DNA from: Candidatus Cloacimonadota bacterium | GTDB taxonomy: Bacteria > Cloacimonadota > Cloacimonadia > G963667145 | DNA length: 64,000 nucleotides | Assembly: GCA_963676615.1 (NCBI GenBank) | Contig: OY781092.1 | Span: forward strand, 224,001-288,000 | Direction of reading: 5' to 3' | Shown: piece by piece, positions 50,287 through 60,184 of the stretch | Layout: each line of letters begins with the position of its first letter | Numbering within the stretch: the stretch's first letter is position 1 | Made by a program: the position numbers and the translations under genes | The notes under the pieces: model-generated | Told to the model about the DNA's origin: nothing | Seen by the model: only the letters and a program-made list of their open reading frames with translations | Databases searched by the model: none

Positions 50287-51858
50287 ATGGAAGCAAATTT
50301 TGGGTGGCTGGCGCTTTTGCCGCCGCTGATTGCCATCGGTTTGGCGATTTGGAAAAGAGAGGTGGTGATTTCGCTGCTTTTGGGGACATTCGTTGGCGTG
50401 ACGATTATCAACGGCTGGAACCCCATCAAGGGGCTGCTGGAAACTTTTAGCACCTATATCGTCGGCAGGTCGCTTGCGGACGCCTGGAATGTCGGCGTGA
50501 TTCTATTTTGCTTGGCTATCGGCGGAATGATCGGCATCATCAGCAAAACTGGCGGCACAAAAGCTATCGCAGACGCCTTGACCCGCAAAGCCTCGGACAC
50601 GAGATCGACGATGCTGGCAACTTTTTTGATGACTCTGGCGATTTTTTTCGACGACTACGCCAACTCGCTTTTGGTGGGCAACACAATGCGCCCGATTTCC
50701 GACAAACAAAAGATTTCGCGCGAAAAATTTTCGTATATAATCGACACGGGCGCAGCCAGTGCCTCGTCGATGGCGCCAGTCTCCACCTGGATTGCGATGG
50801 AAATTGGGCTGATCGCCACGGCGTTTAAAGCTCTCTCGGTCGATGCAAACCCGATGATAATTTTTTTTCAGACCGTTCCGTTTCGGTTTTACTCGCTCTT
50901 GGCGCTCTTTTTCGCCTTTATGATAATTTTTTTGCGTAGAGATTTTGGACCGATGTTGGACGCAGAATTGCGCGCTCGCAGAACAGGCAAAGTCTCTCGA
51001 GAAGGAGCAGAGCCAATCGTGGTCGAGGACAAATCGCTTTTTCCCGACAAAGGAGTCGTGGGCAGCATCTACGATATGATTTTGCCGCTGGCGGTGTTTT
51101 TGCTGGTAACGGTCGTCGGTTTGTGGTATAACGGCGGCGGAATGGAAAAAAGCATCAAAGACGCTTTTGGCGACGCGGACGCTTCGGTCGTGCTCACTTG
51201 GGGCGCTTTCATCAGTTCGATTGTAATAATTTGCAAAGGCATCTGGAACAAAAAATTTTCTCTGAAAGAGGCAGTCGATTCGTGGGTTGCGGGCGTAAAA
51301 ACGATGCTTATGGCGTGCATCGTGCTTTGTCTGGCTTTTGCTCTCAAGGCGGTAATCGACGATATGGGGCTCTCCAGCTGGATTGTCGATAGCCTTAAAA
51401 CGATGCTCTCGGGGCATTTGGTGCCAGCTCTAACTTTCGCCGTTGCAGCGTTCATCGCCCTTTCCACAGGCACATCTTGGGGAACTTGCGCGATTTTGAT
51501 GCCGATAGCCATTCCAATTGCCGTGGGATTTTCCGCCGCAGGATCGGGCAGCGAAGTCAACTACATCGTAATCGCCACAATCGCTTCAGTCTTGACGGGC
51601 GCCGTGATGGGAGACCACTGCTCGCCTATATCGGACACCACAATCTTGTCCTCCGCGGGAGCGGGCGCCGACCACATCGACCATGTTCGCACGCAAATGC
51701 CCTATGCTCTGACAGTTGCGGGGATAGCTTTTGTGCTGTTCATCTTTGCGGGATACGGGCTTCAGCCAATTTTTTGCTTGATTTTGGGAGCGATAGCCGT
51801 TGCGAGCATAATCCGAGTTTTCGGCACGAAATACAACGACCAAGGCGGGATCGAGTAA
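50287..51858 (+). CDS. Na+/H+ antiporter NhaC family transporter (likely amino-acid/amine transporter subgroup)
   Basis: IFFDDYAN, STGTSWGT, GDHCSPISDTTILSS, HVRTQMPYA. Confidence 0.9.
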   Translation: MEANFGWLALLPPLIAIGLAIWKREVVISLLLGTFVGVTIINGWNPIKGLLETFSTYIVGRSLADAWNVGVILFCLAIGGMIGIISKTGGTKAIADALTRKASDTRSTMLATFLMTLAIFFDDYANSLLVGNTMRPISDKQKISREKFSYIIDTGAASASSMAPVSTWIAMEIGLIATAFKALSVDANPMIIFFQTVPFRFYSLLALFFAFMIIFLRRDFGPMLDAELRARRTGKVSREGAEPIVVEDKSLFPDKGVVGSIYDMILPLAVFLLVTVVGLWYNGGGMEKSIKDAFGDADASVVLTWGAFISSIVIICKGIWNKKFSLKEAVDSWVAGVKTMLMACIVLCLAFALKAVIDDMGLSSWIVDSLKTMLSGHLVPALTFAVAAFIALSTGTSWGTCAILMPIAIPIAVGFSAAGSGSEVNYIVIATIASVLTGAVMGDHCSPISDTTILSSAGAGADHIDHVRTQMPYALTVAGIAFVLFIFAGYGLQPIFCLILGAIAVASIIRVFGTKYNDQGGIE

Positions 51859-51881
51859 CCTTAAATTGCCCAAAAAAATCT

Positions 51882-51908
51882 AAAGCCTGCTAGCCAGCGG
51901 GCTTTTTT
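51882..51908 (+). terminator. Rho-independent terminator
   Basis: aaagcctgct-agcc-agcgggcttt plus T-run. Confidence 0.75.
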
Positions 51909-52024
51909 GAATATTTTGGGAGTCTAAACAACTGAAGCTGAAAATTATGATTGTTTTGCTAGAAAAAGATGGAAGGATTTAAATCGAAAAAGGAAAGAGC
52001 GATTTAATAGGATTTAGTTTTCTG

Positions 52025-52133
52025 TTATTTTTTTTTTAAAATAGAAAAAATTCCTAACGCAGCGCAAATCGTTATTAAAAGATAGCTATTAGTTTTGGTT
52101 AAGTTAAATAATGGTATTGGCAATAAAAAAATT
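52025..52133 (-). pseudogene. C-terminal fragment of the IS-interrupted membrane protein (second TM helix)
   Basis: Reads IFLLPIPLFNLTKTNSYLLITICAALGIFSILKKK-stop, in frame with 53460-54487 once the IS is removed. Confidence 0.8.
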
Positions 52134-53449
52134 GGCACTGTCCAAAAAAGTGTGTCTGCAGCAAAAAAAACTAGACACAAAAAAAGAATCTCCAATTTTT
52201 ATAAAAAAAAGAACAAAAAAGGAGATTCTTATGCGATTTAACGCAAGTCAACTACAAAAAATTTTAGACGAAAATGTCAATGATTATGGCGCGAATAAAT
52301 TGATCGAGTTCGTTTTTAACAGCCTTATGAAGCTGGAAAGACAGGCTTTTATGGCGGAAAACAAAAGCTCAAACAACAAAGGCAACGGCTATCGCAGCAG
52401 GTGTTTTTCATCTCTCAGCGGCAAAATTCAATTCAAAATTCCGCGCGACAGATTCGGTCAATTTTATCCATTTATCTTGGAAATTTTGAAAAAGCAGGAG
52501 CAAGAAGTACGAGAATTGGCGTTTCAGCTGTATGCTAAAGGCTTGTCTACCAGAGACATAGAGAATGTTTTCGCAAATGTTTTTGGCACGAATTACAAAA
52601 AATCGACCATCAGCAATATCAGCCAAGAATTCAAAGAATTGTTGACAAATTGGCGAAATAGGCCGCTAGAAAAAAACTATCCGATTATTATGATTGACGC
52701 CATACATTCCAAATTGAGGCGGCTCGACAGTGTTGAAACTGAGGCGTTTTGCGTGGTTATCGGCGTCCGAGAGGACAAAAGTCGGGACATTTTGGCGCTC
52801 GAAAATATCCCGACCGAGAGCGCTGCTGGCTGGGAATTCTTGTTTAATCGCCTAAAATCGCGAGGCTTGCAAACGACAAAATTGGTCGTGGCTGACGGCC
52901 TTGTTGGGCTGGAAAATGTGGTGAGCAAAGTTTTTAAAAATGCGAAATTTCAAAAGTGTGTAACTCACTTTAAAAGAAGTCTATTAGCTAAGGTCAGGAA
53001 TAGTGATAAAAGCGAAATTAGCGACGATTTGAAGGAAATTTTTTGCGTCGGACAAGAACGCTATACGAAAGAAATTGCTTTGAAAAATTTGGATAATTTT
53101 GCGAAAAAATGGGGAGATAAGTATCGATTTACCAAGAAGTTATTAAACAGAGACGATGTCGTTTATTATTTCACTTTTTTGGAGTTTGACCACAGAATTC
53201 AGCGGCTGATTTACACCACAAATTGGATCGAAAATTTGAATAAACAGTTTCGGAAAGTTTTGAAAATCAGGAACTCGATGCCCAGCGATGAGTCTGTGCT
53301 ACTGCTGCTGAGCAAGGTCGCGATGGACAAGGTCGATAAATATCTGAATTATCCGATTTATCAATTTAAATTTGACAAAATTTTGTTCCCAGAAAGTTAA
53401 GAAAATGGAAACCAAATTGGAGATTAGACACACTTTTTTGGACGGTGCC
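52134..53449 (+). mobile_element. IS256-family insertion sequence
   Basis: 24-bp terminal IRs ggcactgtccaaaaaagtgtgtct (52134-52157) and agacacacttttttggacggtgcc (53426-53449), 23/24 match; 8-bp direct repeat aaaaaatt at 52126-52133 and 53452-53459. Confidence 0.93.
52231..53400 (+). CDS. IS256 family DDE transposase
   Basis: KGNGYR, IPRDR, LYAKGLSTRDI, MIDA, VADG, QKCVTHF, IYTTNWIENLNK; RBS aaggag. Confidence 0.95.
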   Translation: MRFNASQLQKILDENVNDYGANKLIEFVFNSLMKLERQAFMAENKSSNNKGNGYRSRCFSSLSGKIQFKIPRDRFGQFYPFILEILKKQEQEVRELAFQLYAKGLSTRDIENVFANVFGTNYKKSTISNISQEFKELLTNWRNRPLEKNYPIIMIDAIHSKLRRLDSVETEAFCVVIGVREDKSRDILALENIPTESAAGWEFLFNRLKSRGLQTTKLVVADGLVGLENVVSKVFKNAKFQKCVTHFKRSLLAKVRNSDKSEISDDLKEIFCVGQERYTKEIALKNLDNFAKKWGDKYRFTKKLLNRDDVVYYFTFLEFDHRIQRLIYTTNWIENLNKQFRKVLKIRNSMPSDESVLLLLSKVAMDKVDKYLNYPIYQFKFDKILFPES

Positions 53450-53451
53450 AT

Positions 53452-54487
53452 AAAAAATTTGAATAAGTGAGGCAAGGGCAGTTACAAGCAGTAGAATTTC
53501 AATTGATTTTTGATATTTTAAATTTGTCTTATCTCTGTTATCGCTAACATATTTGTCTAGAAGGGCTATTTTTTTTTCTAGTTTAAATATTTCTCCTTCG
53601 AGGTTAGAAGTTTTTATCATTTCGTTAAAAAAAATATTCCCTCTTGATGAGAGAGTTGAACTTATAATTGACCTTGCTTCAGCAAGAATTTTAGAAGAGT
53701 TCCAAAAAAGTTCGTCAATATTTCGAAATTGAATTCTATTTTCTATAACTTCATCAATGTATAAATTAGTTGAATAGCATTTGTTCCAAATTATTTGTAG
53801 CCTAGTTTCTAGAGCAATCAGCAAATTAAGCGTGGAAGAAAAATGTTTTTGGTCTACAATAGCAACTATGGTTGCCCAAGAAATATATGTGTTGGAGTAG
53901 CAAAATAAATCAATATCATTTAATTTTAGATTAGAAAAATCTATTAAATCAAAATCAATATCACTTGCTTGGTGATTTGAGCAGAGCATGTCGTCCAGAC
54001 CTAAAAGCGATGGCTCAAGTAATATTTTGATATTATTTTTGGATATTTTGTTGTTTTTTTTGAAAACATAAAAGCTAAATGCATAGTTTATTTTTGGCTT
54101 ATATGCAAACATTGTTTGCAATATTTTTTCTTTTATAAAGAAGAGAGGGCTATTTTCTTCAAAATTAATTATTGATTTATGGTATAATTTCCGTTTTTTT
54201 AGTTCATTTATTAAATCAATGTCATTCATTTTTTCTGAGTTAATTTCAGAAAGAACTGCGAAGCAAATGCTACTACCGTTGAGGGCTAAGTATATTTGAT
54301 AGTTTGAACTTGGCTTGATTTCATATATGGTCGTTTTGGAATCTAGGCATTCTTTGAATATTGCTTTGATATTTTTTTTAGGCTCGGTTAAAGAGAAATC
54401 TTTTTGAAAATTAGAGATAAATATGGAAGAAAATTTTTTGAATAGAAACTCTATTGGAATAAGTGAGACAATTGTGAAATTTGTCAT
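53452..54487 (-). pseudogene. Hypothetical CorA-like membrane protein, N-terminal part, interrupted by IS256
   Basis: AT-rich ORF runs into the IS after ILLLVTALASLIQIF; ATGA-type overlap with upstream hydrolase. Confidence 0.75.
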
Positions 54488-54966
54488 ACTATTTGTTTGC
54501 TCCCAATATACCGAGCAAGTGTTTTTAGTGCAAATTTGTGTGCCTCTTCTCCTGCGTGGCTAGCGCAAAAATTAGATAAAACTCTAGGCACTATTCCTGC
54601 TTCAAATAAATCTACAGCACATTTTGTCACGCAAATATCGGTATCAATGCCTACAATATCTATAGCTTTGATATTAAGACTGTCAATTTTTTTAAGAAAA
54701 TTTTTATTGACACAAGTATAGATGCTTTTACTGATAATAATTGCCTTCGGGCTAGGTGTAAAAGCTAGCTCAAAATCTTCAGAATTTATGCTAAATTTAT
54801 TCCATTCAAGCAAATTGCGGAAAAAAGAGTTTTCTTTATTAAAAAATTTTGTAATAAAAACAGTTTCGTATTCATTTTGGATTTTTTCAATTTTTTGAGG
54901 AATTTTTTTTGTACTATTGTTTATAAACCCTTTTTGTACATCAACTATTAGTAAACATTTTTTCAT
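54484..54966 (-). CDS. Cysteine hydrolase, isochorismatase/nicotinamidase family
   Basis: LLIVDVQKGF (Asp), ISKS (Lys), VGIDTDICV (Cys); ATG at 54966 after gaaagaggga. Confidence 0.9.
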   Translation of the reverse strand: MKKCLLIVDVQKGFINNSTKKIPQKIEKIQNEYETVFITKFFNKENSFFRNLLEWNKFSINSEDFELAFTPSPKAIIISKSIYTCVNKNFLKKIDSLNIKAIDIVGIDTDICVTKCAVDLFEAGIVPRVLSNFCASHAGEEAHKFALKTLARYIGSKQIV

Positions 54967-55143
54967 ATTGTCCCTCTTTCCTTTTTTTGTCGCTTTATTT
55001 CGCAACTTTGCAATTTTGTGTCAATTTGTTTTTGGGAAATCGTCGTCGTTGTCTAAAAAAACATTTAAAATTTGTATATCCCCTCATTTTCTTGACATTT
55101 TACCTCGCTTTCGCCGATTTTGCCCAAAGTGTTTATTATCCTC

Positions 55144-55355
55144 AAATTGGTGAGCCTCTTAACTAAAAAAATCAGAGGCTAAAAGGAAATCTTGTCAAAA
55201 GCAAGAGCGGACTTTGCCACCGTATGTAGCGCATCAGCTTACAAAAATTTCACTGCTTTTTTGTAAAAAGTGGGAAGAAAATTTGTCGAGTTTCGTTTTT
55301 TTCTTAACTGAAAAAGTCGAAAAAGCCAGCTACGAGCCGGGAAGCCTGCCAATTT
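55144..55355 (+). promoter_or_regulatory. Cobalamin (AdoCbl) riboswitch
   Basis: P1 aaattggt/gccaattt; aaaaggaaa, cttgtcaaaagcaag hairpin, gccaccgta, cactg...gggaag, B12 box gagccgggaagcctgcc; upstream of a TonB receptor. Confidence 0.85.
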
Positions 55356-55456
55356 CGTTGTATCGTATCGCCTTGCAAAGACTCAAGGTCGATGGAAATT
55401 TCAGCGTGAGCTTTGTGTCCAGATTTGAGGATTTTTTTTGGAAAATCAGGAGAAAT

Positions 55457-57514
55457 TTGGAATTGAGAAGCGCAATCGCCTTTTTTTTGGGGTTTGTTAA
55501 TATTTCGCTGCTTTGCGGACTTTCGGGCAAAGTCGTTGATCAGAGCGGCGAGCCCGTAGTTTTCGCCAAAATCATCACGCAAAAAATCGTCACGCATTCC
55601 GACTCTTCGGGACTATTTTTTTGCGAGCAAAACGGCGGAACTGTATCGATTTTGCACCCTGATTATTTTCCGCAAACGCTCACTCTGCCGCAGTCTGAGC
55701 GACCAAAGCAAGAGGTGTCTTTTCCGCAAAAAAAATATCTGGTTGTTGTTTTGATTAAGAAAAAAAATACTCCGCCGCAAAAAAATCAAGAGGTTGTTGC
55801 CGTGAATGCGGGCGACGATTTGGGGCAGACGCTGAAGCGGCGGTTTTACTTGCGAGGTCACAATCTGGCGGGCGAGAGCCAAACACTTTCGCTCAGCGGG
55901 CAGAAGACGAAAAACAGCGTGATTCTCTGGGAAAATATTCCGCTGAATATGAGCGGGCAGCCGCTGGACATAGGCAATTTCGGCTCGCTTTTGTGTGATT
56001 CTGCCACGGCGCAAATTTTTGACCCAGCCAGCAGCGAAGCTATCGGCGGCGCGCTAAATTTACACCAAAATTTGAGCAATCGCAAAAGGGTCGTTTTTTT
56101 GCAAAATGTGGGCAGTTACGGCTTGAGCAGGTCGCTTTTGCAGCTCGACGGATTTACGCAAAATTACAACTACCGCTTTGGCTACAGCCGTTTGCAGGCG
56201 GACAACGACTATCGCTACACCGACCATTGGGGACAGAGCCGCACGCGCGATAACAATCGCAAAAAAATCGACAACTTGGTGTTTTCTTTGGACGCTCACA
56301 ATTTCAAATTTCGGCAGCTGAACATTTTTTTTGAGCGAGAGTTGCCGGGACCGACGAACGAGCGGGACTATTTCACCAATGCAAAATCGGCAGGCTATCG
56401 CAGCGTGTCGGCGCTGAATTATCGGCAAAGCTACGATTGGCTGGAGTTTAGCGGCGATTTCGGTTGTAACATTTTGCAAAATCGATACGACAATTCGGAC
56501 GCAAAATTGAGCGGGAGAGAGCAGCAAACCGACTACAATTTCAGGGCGATTTTTGCGAAAACGGAGCTGCGGACGAGCTGGCAAAATTTTACTTTTTCGT
56601 TGCCGTTTTCGTATAAGCGGGAAGATTTTTCGTGTCAGCAGGCGCAAAATCAGCAAAATGCGGCGCAGGATGTTGACGCAGCCGCCCAATTTTGTGCCTC
56701 TGGCGTGAGCGGAGCGTTTTTGCACCAGACAGCTTGGGGCAAGGCTTTTCCCAAGGCGAGTTTTGAGGTAAACGAAGCGGGCGATTTTTTGCCGAAAGCC
56801 AGCTTTTTGTGGGAGTTGCGGGCTTTTTCTGCGGGCGTTTCCTACCGAAAGACGCAGCTACCGCCGTCGTTTTACGACAAATTTTGGCAAGCGGGACAAA
56901 TTGCGCAGGGCAATCCCGATTTACTGCCCGAAAAAGGCGAAACTTACGCCTATTTTTTAGCGTGGCAGGGCGATATTTTTGAGAGTGAAATTTTTTATAG
57001 CAACACCAAAAGCGAAGATTTGATCAGCTGGCAGCGGACTTTTCAGGGTTGGAAGCCTTTCAATATTGGCGCATCTTCGACGCAATTTTTGTCTTTTAGT
57101 AGCAAGGTGAAAATTGGTGAAAATTTCGAGTTTGCGGGCAAAGTCAGTCGCACAATCGCCAAAGATCGCAGCGATTACGACGGCAAATTTATTCCCTATA
57201 TTCCTGTGGGGGCAATCAAGGCGACGCTCGGCTATCGGCGGCAGTTTTTTCAGCTGGATGTCGATTACAGCGCCATCGGGCGACAATACACCACGCGCGA
57301 TCAGGTGAACACAGCGGCTTATCTGGAGCCCTACGATTTTTGGGATGTGCGGATTGCCAGCGATTTTCGCAAGGGAAATTTTGCGTTTTCGCCGCAGGTA
57401 AAGCTCCTGAATATCTTGGACGAGCGCTATAGCACTTTCGCTTTCGACCCGCAGCCGGGCTTTCACTGGCAGGCTGGTTTGCAAATCGATTACGATTTTT
57501 GGGAAATGCAGTAA
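55457..57514 (+). CDS. TonB-dependent receptor, probable cobalamin transporter (BtuB-like)
   Basis: Signal peptide after aggag (start 55457 or 55463), plug EAIGGALNL, GNPDLLPEKG, LNILDERY; behind B12 riboswitch. Confidence 0.8.
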   Translation: MELRSAIAFFLGFVNISLLCGLSGKVVDQSGEPVVFAKIITQKIVTHSDSSGLFFCEQNGGTVSILHPDYFPQTLTLPQSERPKQEVSFPQKKYLVVVLIKKKNTPPQKNQEVVAVNAGDDLGQTLKRRFYLRGHNLAGESQTLSLSGQKTKNSVILWENIPLNMSGQPLDIGNFGSLLCDSATAQIFDPASSEAIGGALNLHQNLSNRKRVVFLQNVGSYGLSRSLLQLDGFTQNYNYRFGYSRLQADNDYRYTDHWGQSRTRDNNRKKIDNLVFSLDAHNFKFRQLNIFFERELPGPTNERDYFTNAKSAGYRSVSALNYRQSYDWLEFSGDFGCNILQNRYDNSDAKLSGREQQTDYNFRAIFAKTELRTSWQNFTFSLPFSYKREDFSCQQAQNQQNAAQDVDAAAQFCASGVSGAFLHQTAWGKAFPKASFEVNEAGDFLPKASFLWELRAFSAGVSYRKTQLPPSFYDKFWQAGQIAQGNPDLLPEKGETYAYFLAWQGDIFESEIFYSNTKSEDLISWQRTFQGWKPFNIGASSTQFLSFSSKVKIGENFEFAGKVSRTIAKDRSDYDGKFIPYIPVGAIKATLGYRRQFFQLDVDYSAIGRQYTTRDQVNTAAYLEPYDFWDVRIASDFRKGNFAFSPQVKLLNILDERYSTFAFDPQPGFHWQAGLQIDYDFWEMQ

Positions 57515-57542
57515 ATTTTATAAAAAAGAGGAGAGAAGGGAA

Positions 57543-58565
57543 ATGAAGTTGGTTAAGTGTTTGGTTTTACTGGTGATTATGTTGCTGGCGGTAACGGGTT
57601 GTGATGTTCTTGGATTGGACGACGACGCAGATGATGCGGCTCAGACTGTGGCGGACTCGACGCTGTTTGTGCTGAGTTCAGCGGGCAAATACATCTCGGC
57701 GTTCAATTATGTCCGCGGAGAGCTGATTAAAGAAAATTTTGTGGAGCTAAAAAGCGAAAGCGCTGCCGCAAATTTTTGCGTTTGGGAAGACAAAATTTTG
57801 GTGGCAGCCACGGCGTATGGCGCTTTGATGGTCTATGACGCCAAAAATGGCGCAAAAATCAGGGAGGTGAATTTGGGTGACGGCGTAAAACCCGCTTTCG
57901 TCACGGCGAAAAACGGCACGGCTTTTGTCACGGCGACACAAGGCGCAAAAAAGCTGCACCGCGTCGATTTGGGCGACTTTTCGGTAATCTCAGCTGCTGG
58001 CGGCGATTGTCTGCAGAACGCCTATTTTTGCGACGCCGACGGGTTGCTGTATGTCAGCGATATTGAAGATTTGAGTAATCCAGCTGGCAAAGTTTTGGCG
58101 TTTGATCCGCAGAGTTTGTCGCTTGTAAAAAGTTATCAGACAACTGTCAAAAATCCGCAAGCGATTATTTTTGACTCGGACAAAATTTTGGTGGCTTGCG
58201 TTGGTCAATCGTGGGGAACAGCGGTCAGCGGCGCAATCGAGCAAATCTCGGCTGCGGGCGTGAGTTCGACAGAGTGGTCTGGCAAATTTCCAAGCGTTTT
58301 TGTGGATTATCTGGGCAAAATTTACGCCAATGCGGGCTACGGAGTTGCGGGACTTTTCAACGCCCAAGATGTGGGGCAAAGTCTTGCCGCAGTCAATTAT
58401 TGCGTGGCGGCGGCGGACGTCAAAGGCGAATTTTTGGCAGCGACAGAAAGCAATTGGAGCTCCGACGACGGCAAAGCGCACCTTTATCTTTACAAAAACG
58501 GAGAAAAATTTGCCAGCTTCCAAGTGGGGGACAGTCCAAGTTGCGTGAATTTTTACAAAAAATAG
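57543..58565 (+). CDS. Beta-propeller (YncE/BtuG-like) lipoprotein
   Basis: Lipobox VTGC followed by acidic DDDADD; repeated blade-like strands; ends VGDSPSCVNF. Confidence 0.7.
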   Translation: MKLVKCLVLLVIMLLAVTGCDVLGLDDDADDAAQTVADSTLFVLSSAGKYISAFNYVRGELIKENFVELKSESAAANFCVWEDKILVAATAYGALMVYDAKNGAKIREVNLGDGVKPAFVTAKNGTAFVTATQGAKKLHRVDLGDFSVISAAGGDCLQNAYFCDADGLLYVSDIEDLSNPAGKVLAFDPQSLSLVKSYQTTVKNPQAIIFDSDKILVACVGQSWGTAVSGAIEQISAAGVSSTEWSGKFPSVFVDYLGKIYANAGYGVAGLFNAQDVGQSLAAVNYCVAAADVKGEFLAATESNWSSDDGKAHLYLYKNGEKFASFQVGDSPSCVNFYKK

Positions 58566-58631
58566 CCGAATAAACTTGCAAATTTGCGAACCTGCTGGGC
58601 GTTTGAGTTATAAATTTTGATTAGGAAAAAA

Positions 58632-60170
58632 ATGAAAATTTTGTTGAAAAATGGGACGATCGTCAATGGCGACGGCAAAACCCCAGCGTTTCGGGCAGAT
58701 TTGCTTGTTGATGGGCAACGGATAGCCAAAATCGGCGAGAATTTGCGGTGCGAGGGCGCTTTGCAGCTGGATTTGGCAGGCGACTATCTCACGCCTGGGT
58801 TCATCGACGCTCACTCGCATCTGGATTTGGCGTATTTTGTGCCAGACGGACTTGCGGGAAAGTTGCAGCAAGGCATCACCAGCGAGCTGACGGGGCAATG
58901 CGGTTTGGGCGTGCATCCGATGCCCAAAAATTTGCAGGCGAAATTTCGCAAAGGTTTGCTCATTGGCGATTTGCCGATTAAGTGGAATTGGGAAAGCTCT
59001 GCCGAATACCTGCAGGCGCTGCAAAACACGGGGCTTTCGATCAACAACGCACCCGCAATTTCGCACGGCGTGCTTCGCTATACGCAGCAGCAGGATAGCA
59101 ATTTGCCGCTCAGTGACCAGCAAATCGAAAAAATTTGTGAGCTGGCAGAGGCTGGATTTTGCCAAGGAATCAAGTTCCTGACATTCGGCTTCATCTACCT
59201 GCCAGCGCTGTATTACAGAAAAAACGAGGTGCTGGCGCTGCTGAAAGTGGCGGCTGCTCACGGGGCGATTGCGTGCGTGCATCTCAAAAGTGAGAGCGAC
59301 AAAATTTTGCAAGCTTTGTCGGAGATTGCGACTCTTGCAAGCCAGGCGGGTTGCCGCTTGCACATCTCGCACCTGAAAATTATCGGACGAGATCACGCCA
59401 AGTTTTTGCCCGAAATTTTTGCGCTTCTGGAAAAGTTCGATTTGACTTTCGATAACTACTTCTACAACAACGGCTGCACGCTTTTGGCGTCTTTGCTGCC
59501 GCCAGAATTTATGGACCCTTGCGGACTTGAGGCGACTTGTCAAAAATTGCACGATTCGCACTTTCGCCAAAAAATAAAAAACGCAATCGAGAAGAACGAG
59601 TCGGCTTTGCCTTGGGACAATCTCTACAAATTTTTGGGTGCGGAAAATATTTATATCGACTCGCTGGGGAAAAACACGAAGTTCATCGGCAAAAATCTTG
59701 CGGAATTGCAACTCGCTGACGACCCGCTGGAGAGTATGCTGCTGCTTTTGGCGCAGGAAAAAGGGCACATTTTGATGAAAGATTATTTTTGCTCGCTTAA
59801 GGTGACTCAGCAGATTTTGCAGCATCCTCGTGGCGTTTTTTCGACAGACTCGTTGCCGCTGAGCACGCACCCGCGCGGCTTTGTGACTTTTCCTCGCATT
59901 CTCAAAAAAGCGGTTTTTTCGCAAAAGCTACTTTCTCTGGAAGAGGCGATTTATAAAATGAGCGGCAAGACCGCAGAAATTTTTGGACTAGAAAAGCGAG
60001 GCAAAATAAAAGAGGGCTACTACGCCGATTTGGTCAGCTTCAGCCCGCAAATTGGTTATCATCAAAAGGAAGTAGAAAATCTGAATTTGGTGATTGTGAA
60101 CGGCGTTTTGGCAAAATCTTTTGGAAAAATGTTGCCGAATAAAAAAACTGGGAAAATTTTGTTGAAATAA
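58632..60170 (+). CDS. Amidohydrolase, N-acyl-D-amino-acid deacylase family
   Basis: NGTIVNGDG, PGFIDAHSHLD, QGITSELTGQCG, HISHLK, HPRGFVTFPR, RGKIKEGYYADLV. Confidence 0.88.
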   Translation: MKILLKNGTIVNGDGKTPAFRADLLVDGQRIAKIGENLRCEGALQLDLAGDYLTPGFIDAHSHLDLAYFVPDGLAGKLQQGITSELTGQCGLGVHPMPKNLQAKFRKGLLIGDLPIKWNWESSAEYLQALQNTGLSINNAPAISHGVLRYTQQQDSNLPLSDQQIEKICELAEAGFCQGIKFLTFGFIYLPALYYRKNEVLALLKVAAAHGAIACVHLKSESDKILQALSEIATLASQAGCRLHISHLKIIGRDHAKFLPEIFALLEKFDLTFDNYFYNNGCTLLASLLPPEFMDPCGLEATCQKLHDSHFRQKIKNAIEKNESALPWDNLYKFLGAENIYIDSLGKNTKFIGKNLAELQLADDPLESMLLLLAQEKGHILMKDYFCSLKVTQQILQHPRGVFSTDSLPLSTHPRGFVTFPRILKKAVFSQKLLSLEEAIYKMSGKTAEIFGLEKRGKIKEGYYADLVSFSPQIGYHQKEVENLNLVIVNGVLAKSFGKMLPNKKTGKILLK

Positions 60171-60184
60171 TAAAGGAGAAAAAA

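Noticed and set aside
52111..52230. N-terminal extension of the transposase
   Set aside because: Starts outside the left IR; RBS supports ATG at 52231.
53366..53451. C-terminal tail GTVQKSVSNL... of the 373-aa ORF
   Set aside because: Read-through into the IS right end, not native sequence.
55214..55456. N-terminal extension of the TonB receptor in the ORF track
   Set aside because: Overlaps the riboswitch; the RBS and signal peptide begin at about 55457.
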